This document shows positions 40,117-48,934 of a stretch of DNA of 64,000 nt, in pieces. Location: contig CAXXLV010000001.1 in assembly GCA_963664305.2 (NCBI GenBank), positions 768,001-832,000 of the forward strand, given 5' to 3'. This DNA is from an uncultured Aliarcobacter sp. Lineage in GTDB: Bacteria; Campylobacterota; Campylobacteria; Campylobacterales; Arcobacteraceae. Each line of letters starts with the position of its first letter. Within the stretch, counting starts at the first letter, position 1. A program made the translations under genes and the position numbers. The notes under the pieces were generated by a model. It made no database searches and had not been told where the DNA came from. It was given only the letters and a program-made list of their open reading frames with translations.

Positions 40117-41488
40117 CTAATTCTCCTTCTTTAAACATCTCTTTAAAGCTTTTTTCTGGGAATTTTGGTAAATCTCTTTGTTTTCCCCATACATTTGCTT
40201 TATTGTAAAGTATGAAATTTGGTAGTTTTGGAACTATTACTCTTGCCATTTTTCCAGCAAAATCAAATAAAGCTGGTTTACTCATAAGCCAAGTGGTTAC
40301 TTTCATAGCCATTTTCTTTTTGCTATCAATTAAATCAGCATTTCCTAAATCTTGTCTTAGACTATAAAGTTGTGAATCTAAATCAATTTTAACTGGACAT
40401 ACATTTGAACATGAACCACATAATGTACATGCAAACGGTAAAGAGTTATGAAGTTCTGGATGTCTTGCACTTCCTAAAATAGAACCAATTGGTCCAGGAA
40501 TTACATACTCATACGAGTGACCACCACTTCTTCTATAAACAGGACATGTATTCATACATGCACCACATCTAATACAATTTAATGCTTTTTTGTTTTTTGT
40601 AGATGATAAAAACTGAGTTCTTTTATTATCAACAATAATTATGTGCATTTTTCCACCTTCAACACTTCCATGGAAATGTGAAGTATAAGATGTAATTGGT
40701 TGTCCAGTTGCACTTCTTGCTAATAATCTTGTAAATACAGATAAATCTTCAAGTCTTGGAATAATTTTTTCAATACCCATTGAAGCAATATGAAGTTTAG
40801 GAACACTTGCTCCCATATCTGCATTTCCTTCATTTGTACAAACTACAACACCACCAGTATTTGCAATTGCAAAATTAACTCCTGTTAATCCAGCATCAGC
40901 AGTTAAAAAATCTTCTCTAAGTGCAGCACGTGCAGCTCTTGTTAAATAAGTTGGGTCATAGTTTCCTTTTTCAGTTCCAAGTTTTTCATGGAATGTATCA
41001 GAAACATCTGATTTTTTTAAGTGAATTGCTGGAAGAACGATATGTGAAGGTGGTTCATTTCTAAGTTGTACAATTCTTTCACCTAAATCTGTATCAATTA
41101 CTTCGATGCCCCTACTTTCTAAGTAAGGATTCAAGTGACACTCTTCTGTTAGCATAGATTTAGATTTAACGATTTTTTTTACGTTATTTTCACTTAAAAT
41201 TTTGTGAACGATTTCATTGTGCTCTTGAGCATCACATGCGAAGTGAACAGTAATTCCTTTTGCTGTCGCATTTTTTTCAAACTCTAATAGATATTTATCT
41301 AAATTAGCCATTGTATGAGTTTTTATTTGATTTGCATATTCTCTTAATTGTTCCCATTCAGGAATAGATTTACTTGCTCTATCTCTTTTTTCTCTTACAA
41401 ACCATAATGCTTGGTCATGCCAATGCATTCTTTCATCATTAGCTACAAACTTTGCTGCATTATCTGAGTGGTTGTGATTTGTACTCAT
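40109..41488 (-). CDS. lutB: L-lactate utilisation Fe-S protein LutB/LldF
   Basis: KSKSM..EE, TDLGE, PSHIVLPAIH, TNEGN, CIRCGACMNTCP, CTLCGSCSNVCP. Confidence 0.93.
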   Translation of the reverse strand: MSTNHNHSDNAAKFVANDERMHWHDQALWFVREKRDRASKSIPEWEQLREYANQIKTHTMANLDKYLLEFEKNATAKGITVHFACDAQEHNEIVHKILSENNVKKIVKSKSMLTEECHLNPYLESRGIEVIDTDLGERIVQLRNEPPSHIVLPAIHLKKSDVSDTFHEKLGTEKGNYDPTYLTRAARAALREDFLTADAGLTGVNFAIANTGGVVVCTNEGNADMGASVPKLHIASMGIEKIIPRLEDLSVFTRLLARSATGQPITSYTSHFHGSVEGGKMHIIIVDNKRTQFLSSTKNKKALNCIRCGACMNTCPVYRRSGGHSYEYVIPGPIGSILGSARHPELHNSLPFACTLCGSCSNVCPVKIDLDSQLYSLRQDLGNADLIDSKKKMAMKVTTWLMSKPALFDFAGKMARVIVPKLPNFILYNKANVWGKQRDLPKFPEKSFKEMFKEGELDD

Positions 41489-42234
41489 GGTCTAACTCCT
41501 GCAAGAATTTCAACTATATGCATAACTTTAATTGGTGTTTTATCTCTATTTATAATTCCATCCATGTGCATTAAACATGACATATCTGCACCTGTTATGA
41601 TTTTAGCTTCTGAATCTATATGGTCTTTTATTCTATCTTTCCCCATTGCAACTGAAATCGCTTCTTCTGCAACACTAAATGTTCCTCCAAATCCACAACA
41701 TTCATCTTCTCTTCTTAATGTAACTAATTCAATATCATTTACTTTATTTAATAGGTTTTTTAATTTTGAATTATAAGGAATGTTAAGTTCACTTGCAGTT
41801 GCAAGTTTTAAAACTCTATGTCCGTGACAAGAGTTGTGAACTCCAACTTTATAAGGGAAAGAGTGGTCAAATTTAATATTTTCAAGTTTAATTACATCAT
41901 GTAAAAATTCACAAACTTCATAAATTGAAGTTTTTACTTTATTAAAATCTTTATCATCATTAAAAAATTCTGCATAATGCTCTTTTACCATTGAAACACA
42001 TGAACCACTTGGTGCTACAATGTAATCATAATCTTTAAATGTTTTTACAAAATTTATAGCTAAAGTCTTTACATCTTTTGAACAGCCAGAGTTTGCCATA
42101 GGTTGTCCACAGCAAGTTTGACTTAAAGGGTAATCAATATTTAATCCCTGATTTTTTAGTAGTTTGTATGTTGCTTTACAAATGTCTGGATACAATTCAT
42201 TCATAAAACATGGAATAAATAAACCAATTTTCAT
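41485..42234 (-). CDS. lutA: L-lactate utilisation CCG protein LutA/LldE
   Basis: LFIPC, QTCCGQP..NSG, SGSC, ECCGFGGTF, DMSCLMH. Confidence 0.92.
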   Translation of the reverse strand: MKIGLFIPCFMNELYPDICKATYKLLKNQGLNIDYPLSQTCCGQPMANSGCSKDVKTLAINFVKTFKDYDYIVAPSGSCVSMVKEHYAEFFNDDKDFNKVKTSIYEVCEFLHDVIKLENIKFDHSFPYKVGVHNSCHGHRVLKLATASELNIPYNSKLKNLLNKVNDIELVTLRREDECCGFGGTFSVAEEAISVAMGKDRIKDHIDSEAKIITGADMSCLMHMDGIINRDKTPIKVMHIVEILAGVRP

Positions 42235-42276
42235 ACTTTCTCCTTATATTTAATAACATAATTTTATATTTAAAGT

Positions 42277-42297
42277 ATGAAATAAATATGATATTTT
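42277..42297 (-). promoter_or_regulatory. direct-repeat regulator box 10 bp upstream of the lutA -10
   Basis: Plus strand ATGAAATAAATATGATATTTT versus ATGAAAATTATATGATATTTT at dctP; -10 TAAAAT at 42266-42261. Confidence 0.6.
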
Positions 42298-42871
42298 ATT
42301 TTTCTAAATAAATAGTTATATCATTTTGTAAATAGTGTTCTTTAATTTTTATTTTTTTTGTAAGTGTTAAACAGTAAACTAGTATTTCATCTGTTTTTAT
42401 ATCTGTTAAAGAATCATTTTTTAGAAAATTAAAAACAAATGCAATATTTGATGAGTCAAAACATTTTTTAATAAAAATTTTAATCTCTTCAAAATTTAAT
42501 ATATTCATCGCACCACTACAAATATAATAATCGCAAGTTAGTAATTCATCTTTTATAATATCTTGAATTTTAAAATCAATATTTGTAAATCTTTTTGAAG
42601 CCAAATCAATCATAATTTTTTCACAATCAATTCCAATATAAGATTTAGGTGTTTTTTTATTTTTATTTAAATAATTATAATATTCTCCAAATCCACAACC
42701 TGCATCAATCAATGAGCTATTTTTTATATTTTTAATGAAACTTGTTAATATTTCAAATCTTTTATATTGAGTGTATTTTGAATTCCATTGTACACCTTCT
42801 GCACTTATTCCGTATCTTTTTACAGATTTCTCATAAAATAAGGTGTTTTTATTATTTTGAAATTTGTTCAA
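42296..42871 (-). CDS. class I SAM-dependent methyltransferase
   Basis: LIDAGCGFG motif I, YIGID, DYYICSG. Confidence 0.85.
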   Translation of the reverse strand: MNKFQNNKNTLFYEKSVKRYGISAEGVQWNSKYTQYKRFEILTSFIKNIKNSSLIDAGCGFGEYYNYLNKNKKTPKSYIGIDCEKIMIDLASKRFTNIDFKIQDIIKDELLTCDYYICSGAMNILNFEEIKIFIKKCFDSSNIAFVFNFLKNDSLTDIKTDEILVYCLTLTKKIKIKEHYLQNDITIYLEK

Positions 42872-43289
42872 TTATTACACCATTATCTTTTATAAATTTT
42901 GATATAACTTCTGAATTTGTATGTTCATAAGCTTTTTCGTAAACTATTCTTTTTATTCCACTTGCAATTAAATTTTTTGAACATTCACTACAAGGTTCAA
43001 GTGTTACATAAATTGTTGCACCTTCTATTGAAATACCTTTTCTAGCTGCCCAAATAATCGCATTCATTTCTGCATGAATTTCATAAGTTTTTGACCATTC
43101 ATGATGCTCTTTTGTATATTGTCCATTCCAATGTTCAGTACAATTTTTATAACCAGCTGGTGTTCCATTGTAACCTGTTGATAGGATTCTTCCATCCTTT
43201 ACTATTACTGCACCAACTTGTTTTGATACACATTTTGAAGCCATTGCAATCTCTTTTGCAATGTTTATAAAACTTTGATCATTTAACAT
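42852..43289 (-). CDS. dCMP deaminase (ComEB family)
   Basis: VGAVIV, TGYNG, HAEMNA and PCSEC zinc motifs. Confidence 0.9.
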   Translation of the reverse strand: MLNDQSFINIAKEIAMASKCVSKQVGAVIVKDGRILSTGYNGTPAGYKNCTEHWNGQYTKEHHEWSKTYEIHAEMNAIIWAARKGISIEGATIYVTLEPCSECSKNLIASGIKRIVYEKAYEHTNSEVISKFIKDNGVIIEQISK

Positions 43290-43447
43290 AATATTCCTAA
43301 TTAAATTTTTTTAATTATATCAAAAAGATATTTCAAAGATATTTTATCTCTTAACTTAAATAAAGCTTATTTAATTTAACAAAAATATATTTATCAGAAA
43401 AATTGTGCTATTATGAGAAAAAATTTTACTAAATATAAAGGCTAAGT

Positions 43448-43915
43448 ATGGATTTTAAAGACATCAAAGAATTAATTAGAGTTTTCGACAAAAGCGAACT
43501 TAACAAATTAAAAGTTAAAGAGGGTGAATTCGAAATCTCTATGCAAAGAGGTTTTGAAGGTGTTGTAACTACTGTATCAGCTGCTCCAGCAGTTGCTGCT
43601 CCTGTTGCAGCTGTTAGTGCACCAGTTGCAACTGTAAATGTTGCTTCAACTGAAACAGCAACTACAGCAAAAAGTGGAGATATGATTAACTCTCCAATGG
43701 TTGGAACATTCTACTCTTCACCTTCTCCAGAATCTCCAGCATTCGTAAATGTAGGTGATACTGTTAAAAAAGGTCAAACTCTTTGTATTTTAGAAGCGAT
43801 GAAAATCATGAATGAGGTTGAGGCTGAATTTGATTGTAAAATTTTAGAGATTCTTGTTAAAGATGGTTCTCCTGTTGAGTATGATATGCCAATTTTTGTT
43901 GTTGAAAAATTATAA
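43448..43915 (+). CDS. accB: acetyl-CoA carboxylase biotin carboxyl carrier protein
   Basis: SPMVGTFY, EAMKIMNE biotinylation motif, Ala/Pro linker. Confidence 0.96.
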   Translation: MDFKDIKELIRVFDKSELNKLKVKEGEFEISMQRGFEGVVTTVSAAPAVAAPVAAVSAPVATVNVASTETATTAKSGDMINSPMVGTFYSSPSPESPAFVNVGDTVKKGQTLCILEAMKIMNEVEAEFDCKILEILVKDGSPVEYDMPIFVVEKL

Positions 43916-43924
43916 GAGTTAAAT

Positions 43925-45277
43925 ATGGCAGAAATTAAAAAAATTTTAATAGCTAACAGAGGAGAAATCGTTCAAAGAGCTGTTAGAACAATAAGAGAAA
44001 TGGGAAAAAAATCAGTTGCTATTTATAGTGCTGGTGATAAAAATGCATCATATTTAAAACATGCTGATGAAGCTGTATGTATTGGTGGTGCAAAATCAAG
44101 TGAATCATACTTAAATATTCCAGCAATTATCACTGCTGCTGAAATGACAGGTTGTGACGCAATTTTCCCAGGATATGGTTTCTTATCTGAAAATCAAGAT
44201 TTTGTTGAAATTTGTAGATTACACAATATCAAATTTATTGGTCCATCTGTTGAAGTTATGGAAAAAATGGCTGATAAATCAAAAGCAAAAGAAGAGATGA
44301 TTAAAGCTGGAGTTCCTGTTGTTCCAGGATCTAAAGGTGCTGTTCACTCTGTAACTGAAGGTAAAAAAGTTGCTGCTGAGATTGGTTACCCAATTATGGC
44401 AAAAGCTGCTGCTGGTGGTGGTGGAAGAGGAATGAGACTTATTAAAGAAGAATCAGAATTCGAACAACTATTCATGGCAGCATCAAGTGAAGCACTTGCC
44501 GCATTTGGTGATGGAACAATGTATCTTGAAAGATTTATTAATAATCCAAGACACATCGAAGTTCAAGTTGTTGGAGATTCTCATGGTAATGCAATTCATA
44601 TTGGTGAAAGAGATTGTTCTTTACAAAGAAGACATCAAAAAGTTATCGAAGAATCACCTGCAATTTTATTAAATGATGAAACAAGAGCTAAACTTCATGA
44701 TGTTGCAGTTAAAGCTACTAAATATTTAAAATATGAAGGTGCTGGAACATTTGAATTCTTAGCAGATGACAAACAAAATATCTATTTTATGGAAATGAAT
44801 ACAAGACTTCAAGTTGAGCATCCAGTTTCTGAAATGGTTTCAGGTATTGATATTGTTGAACTTATGATTAAAGTTGCTGAAGGTGAAAAAGTTCCTCCTC
44901 AAGAAGCAATTAAATTTAGAGGTCATGCTATTGAGTGTAGAATTACAGCTGAAGATCCAAATACTTTCTTACCTTGCCCAGGAAAAATCACACAATGGAT
45001 GGTTCCAGGTGGAAGAAATGTAAGAGTTGATTCTCATATTTATACAAACTATGTAGTTCCTCCATATTATGACTCAATGATTGGGAAACTTATTGTTTGG
45101 GGAAGAGATAGAAATAAAGCTATTAATATCATGAAAAGAGCTTTAGCTGAATTTGAAGTAGAAGGAATTAAAACTACAATTCCATTCCACCAAAAAATGA
45201 TGGAAAATGAAGATTTCATCTCAAATAACTACGATACAAAATACTTAGAAAACTATAAAGGTCTAGGTGATTTATAA
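43925..45277 (+). CDS. accC: biotin carboxylase
   Basis: KILIANRGEI, GGGGRGM, ERDCSLQRRHQK, EMNTRLQVEH, YYDSMIGK. Confidence 0.96.
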   Translation: MAEIKKILIANRGEIVQRAVRTIREMGKKSVAIYSAGDKNASYLKHADEAVCIGGAKSSESYLNIPAIITAAEMTGCDAIFPGYGFLSENQDFVEICRLHNIKFIGPSVEVMEKMADKSKAKEEMIKAGVPVVPGSKGAVHSVTEGKKVAAEIGYPIMAKAAAGGGGRGMRLIKEESEFEQLFMAASSEALAAFGDGTMYLERFINNPRHIEVQVVGDSHGNAIHIGERDCSLQRRHQKVIEESPAILLNDETRAKLHDVAVKATKYLKYEGAGTFEFLADDKQNIYFMEMNTRLQVEHPVSEMVSGIDIVELMIKVAEGEKVPPQEAIKFRGHAIECRITAEDPNTFLPCPGKITQWMVPGGRNVRVDSHIYTNYVVPPYYDSMIGKLIVWGRDRNKAINIMKRALAEFEVEGIKTTIPFHQKMMENEDFISNNYDTKYLENYKGLGDL

Positions 45278-45303
45278 GAATAAGAGCTCTGCTCTTTTTC
45301 TTA
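45275..45303 (+). terminator. terminator after accC
   Basis: TAAGAATAAGAGC-tct-GCTCTTTTTCTTA. Confidence 0.6.
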
Positions 45304-45340
45304 AAGCTTAAATTTATCTAAAATTAGCTATACTCCGCAA

Positions 45341-45511
45341 AATTATACACATTTATATACCCATTAAACTTTGATAAATCAAAGTTTCATTTTCAGAACT
45401 GACACTTGCAAGGCTCAATTTGCGTTTTATATTGTACATCTATGGGAAATAGGCTTAAATCTATATTTATATAACCGTGTATATTTTAATATTTATATAC
45501 AAAGGTAAAAA
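45341..45511 (+). ncRNA. candidate structured 5' leader (cis-regulatory RNA) of the DEAD-box helicase
   Basis: -10 TATACT at 45329-34; nested pairings TATACAC/GTGTATA, TTATATA/TATATAA, CCCAT/ATGGG, AAACTTTGAT/ATCAAAGTTT. Confidence 0.45.
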
Positions 45512-47116
45512 ATGACTTTTAACGAATTCAATTTCAAAGAACAATTACAAAAGGCAATTGACGAAGCAGGTTTCAAAGAACCAAGTCCAATTCAAGAACA
45601 AGCAATTCCTGTTATTTCAACAGGAAAAGATATTGTTGGACAAGCACATACAGGTACAGGAAAAACAGCAGCTTTTGGATTACCAATCTTAAATAGATTA
45701 AAAGGTAAATCAGGTGTAGAAGCAGTTGTTATTGTTCCAACTAGAGAATTAGCAATGCAAGTTTCTGATGAATTATACAGATTTGGAAAATTCTTAGGAA
45801 TTAATACAGCAACTGTTTATGGTGGACAAGCATATGCTAGACAAATTAAATTAATTGAAAATGCAAGTATTATTATTGCAACTCCTGGAAGATTTCTTGA
45901 TTTATTAAGAGGCGATAAAATTGATATAAAACCAGATTATGTTGTTCTTGATGAAGCAGATGAAATGTTAGATATGGGATTCTTAGACGATATTAAAGAA
46001 ATTTTCACATTCTTACCAGAAGATAGACAAACTTTATTATTCTCTGCAACTATGCCAGTAGCAATTAAAAATCTTGCAAAAACAATTTTAAAAGAACCAG
46101 AATTTATTACATTAACAAAAAGTGATGTAACAAATGCAAAAATTACTCAAACTTTTTACGTTGTTGATGAAAAAGAGAGAGATGATGCATTAATCAGACT
46201 TTACGATTTCAAAAATCCAAAAAAATCAATTATTTTTTGTAGAACAAAAAAAGAAGTTGATAGGCTTTCAACTTTCTTAGTTTCTCAAGGATTTATGGCA
46301 AAAGGTCTTCATGGTGATATGGAGCAAAGACAAAGAGAGGAAGCAATTAGAGCATTTAAAACATCTAAACTTGAAATTTTAATTGCAACAGATGTTGCAG
46401 CAAGAGGTTTAGATGTAAATGACGTAACTCACGTATTTAACTACCATTTACCATTTGATTCAGAGTCTTATGTTCACAGAATAGGAAGAACTGGACGTGC
46501 TGGAAAAGAAGGTGTTGCAATTTCAATTGTTACTCCACATGAATTTAGAATGTTACAAAAAATTGAGAAATCAATTGGTACTAAACTTGAGGCAAAAATT
46601 GTTCCAAATATAAATTCAGTAAAAATGAAAAAATTTGCTGATTTAAAACAACAAATTGTTGAACAAGAGATAAAAGATTATGCTTTAGAATTAGTTGAAG
46701 AGTTAAAAGAAGAGTTTGATATCTCAACTATTGCATTTAAATTAGCTTCAATGATTTCTGCATCTACATATGTTCAAGGTAATAATAATATCGGTAAATC
46801 AGAAACTGATATTCAAAGATTAATTGAAAATAGTCAAAGAAATGATAGAGATGATTCTGGAAGAAATTCTAGAGGTAGAGGTGGACGATTTGGTTCAAGA
46901 GGTGGAGATAGAGATAGAAATTCTAGAAGTGGTGACAGAAACTCTAGAGGTGGAGATAGAGATAGAGCACCAAGAGGTGATAGATCGTCAAGACCATCTG
47001 GAGACAGAGATAGAGCACCAAGAGGTGATAGATCATCAAGACCATCTGGAGATAGAAAACCAAGTGGAGATAGATCATCAAGACCATCAGGTGATAGAAA
47101 TAGAAAAAGGGATTAA
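45512..47116 (+). CDS. DEAD-box RNA helicase (DeaD/CshA-like)
   Basis: Q motif, AHTGTGKT, PTRELA, DEAD, SAT, ARGLD, HRIGRTGRAG; RGD/RS-rich tail. Confidence 0.95.
   Translation: MTFNEFNFKEQLQKAIDEAGFKEPSPIQEQAIPVISTGKDIVGQAHTGTGKTAAFGLPILNRLKGKSGVEAVVIVPTRELAMQVSDELYRFGKFLGINTATVYGGQAYARQIKLIENASIIIATPGRFLDLLRGDKIDIKPDYVVLDEADEMLDMGFLDDIKEIFTFLPEDRQTLLFSATMPVAIKNLAKTILKEPEFITLTKSDVTNAKITQTFYVVDEKERDDALIRLYDFKNPKKSIIFCRTKKEVDRLSTFLVSQGFMAKGLHGDMEQRQREEAIRAFKTSKLEILIATDVAARGLDVNDVTHVFNYHLPFDSESYVHRIGRTGRAGKEGVAISIVTPHEFRMLQKIEKSIGTKLEAKIVPNINSVKMKKFADLKQQIVEQEIKDYALELVEELKEEFDISTIAFKLASMISASTYVQGNNNIGKSETDIQRLIENSQRNDRDDSGRNSRGRGGRFGSRGGDRDRNSRSGDRNSRGGDRDRAPRGDRSSRPSGDRDRAPRGDRSSRPSGDRKPSGDRSSRPSGDRNRKRD
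46952..47047 (+). repeat. 48-bp tandem duplication (GDRDRAPRGDRSSRPS x2) in the helicase tail
   Basis: Two near-identical 48-nt units (46952-46999, 47000-47047) plus partial copies to ~47098. Confidence 0.9.
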
Positions 47117-47273
47117 TCCTTTTTCTATAAATTTTCTCTATAAAATATATACTTTCTCAAAATAAAATAACTTTTAACTATAATAACTTTAAGGTTTTTT
47201 AAAGCTTTAATAAGAAATATCCTACTATAATATTATCCTACTTACGTTACAAAATAATTACAAAAGGTTTACT

Positions 47274-48860
47274 TTGGATATTAAAACGATTAACAGGTTT
47301 GAAAAAGCGCAAGCTAAAACTCTTCCTGGATTTGCTAAATTATCATTAGCACTTCTATTTATTGTTGTTGTTTTCCTATGGTCTTATGCCTCACACGGAA
47401 ATCTTCCTAATAATATGTTTTTAGTTATTGGAGCAGTATTTGGTGCTTACATGGCTATGAATATTGGTGCTAATGATGTTGCAAATAATGTTGGACCAGC
47501 TGTTGGTTCAAAAGCTCTTACTTTAACAGGTGCAATTATGATTGCTGCTATATTTGAAGCTTTAGGTTCATTTATTGCAGGAGGAGATGTTGTTAAAACA
47601 ATTAAAGATGGGATTATCAATCCTTCGATGATTGAAAATCCAGAAATATTTATTTGGGCAATGACAGCAGCATTACTTGCAGCAGCATTATGGTTAAACT
47701 TTGCAACTTCAATAGGTGCACCTGTTTCAACTACTCACTCTATTGTAGGTGGAGTAATGGGAGCTGGAATTGCAGCAGCTGGATTTGCAATCGTTTCTTG
47801 GGATACAGTTGGAAAAATTGTTGCATCTTGGATTGTTTCTCCATTACTTGGTGGGATTATTGCCGCTGCATTTTTATACTTTATTAAAAAACAAATTGTT
47901 TTCCAAGAAAATATGATTGAAGCTTCTAAAAAGTTTGTTCCAGTTTTAATTGCAATTATGACATGGACTTTTAGTACATATCTTATTTTAAAAGGTTTAA
48001 AACACTTAATTGATTTAAATTTTGTTACTGCATCTATAGTTGGTTTATTGATTAGTATTGGTGCATATTTCTTTGTTAAACCATTAATTGCAAAGGCATC
48101 AAATAAATTAACAAATTCAAGAGCATCTGTAAATACTTTATTTAATATTCCTTTAGTTTTTGCTGCTGCTTTATTATCATTTGCTCATGGTGCAAATGAT
48201 GTTGCAAATGCAATTGGACCACTTGCTGCAATTAATGATGCTATTATCAATACTGAAATTTCAAGTAAAGTATCTATTCCTTTATGGGTAATGGCTGTTG
48301 GAGCTTTTGGTATTGTAATTGGTTTAATGTTATATGGTCCTAAACTTATAAAAACTGTTGGATCTGAAATAACTGAATTAGATCAAATTAGAGCTTACTC
48401 TATTGCAATGTCAGCTGCATTTACTGTTATCGTTGCAAGTCAATTAGGTTTACCTGTTTCTTCAACACATATTGCTGTTGGTGGTGTTTTTGGTGTTGGA
48501 TTTTTAAGAGAAGTTCTTGATAACAATGAAAAAAGATTTTTACAAGAAACAAGAAAAAGATTTAAAAGACATAAAAGAGAATTAGATTTTATGCAAGATG
48601 AGTTAGATAGATTAGAATTAATTAAAGATAAATCAAAAGCTCACTATATGAAAATTGTTGAATTGTATAAAAAAATTGATGACAGAGAAAATCTTGTTAA
48701 ACAAGAAAGAAAAGATGTTAAAGATGCAAAAAGTACTAAATATGTAAAAAGAGATGCAATTAAAAAAATAGTTGCTGCTTGGATTATTACTGTTCCTGCT
48801 GCTGCTATTCTTTCTGCTGCAATATTTTTTATGATTAAGGGTATTATGGTTACTGCATAG
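47274..48860 (+). CDS. inorganic phosphate transporter, PiT family
   Basis: Two GANDVAN motifs, PVSTTH and PVSSTH; TTG start. Confidence 0.93.
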   Translation: MDIKTINRFEKAQAKTLPGFAKLSLALLFIVVVFLWSYASHGNLPNNMFLVIGAVFGAYMAMNIGANDVANNVGPAVGSKALTLTGAIMIAAIFEALGSFIAGGDVVKTIKDGIINPSMIENPEIFIWAMTAALLAAALWLNFATSIGAPVSTTHSIVGGVMGAGIAAAGFAIVSWDTVGKIVASWIVSPLLGGIIAAAFLYFIKKQIVFQENMIEASKKFVPVLIAIMTWTFSTYLILKGLKHLIDLNFVTASIVGLLISIGAYFFVKPLIAKASNKLTNSRASVNTLFNIPLVFAAALLSFAHGANDVANAIGPLAAINDAIINTEISSKVSIPLWVMAVGAFGIVIGLMLYGPKLIKTVGSEITELDQIRAYSIAMSAAFTVIVASQLGLPVSSTHIAVGGVFGVGFLREVLDNNEKRFLQETRKRFKRHKRELDFMQDELDRLELIKDKSKAHYMKIVELYKKIDDRENLVKQERKDVKDAKSTKYVKRDAIKKIVAAWIITVPAAAILSAAIFFMIKGIMVTA

Positions 48861-48877
48861 GAACTTTTCCTATGTAG
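48854..48877 (+). terminator. hairpin after the PiT gene
   Basis: CATAGGAA-ctt-TTCCTATG stem. Confidence 0.55.
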
Positions 48878-48934
48878 ACTTCTTTTTATTTATCTCATTA
48901 ATGTTAAAATTCCTAAAATTTTTTAGGATTTACT

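Noticed and set aside
46952..47098. Tandem repeats as a possible CRISPR array
   Set aside because: In-frame coding repeats with no unique spacers and no cas genes
46824..47165. 113-aa ORF with EIEIEHQEVIDHQDH repeats
   Set aside because: Shifted-frame shadow of the helicase GDR repeat tail
48520..48760. Charged coiled-coil insert near the PiT C-terminus
   Set aside because: In frame and similar to inserts in other Campylobacterota PiT proteins; no sign of a fusion or mobile element
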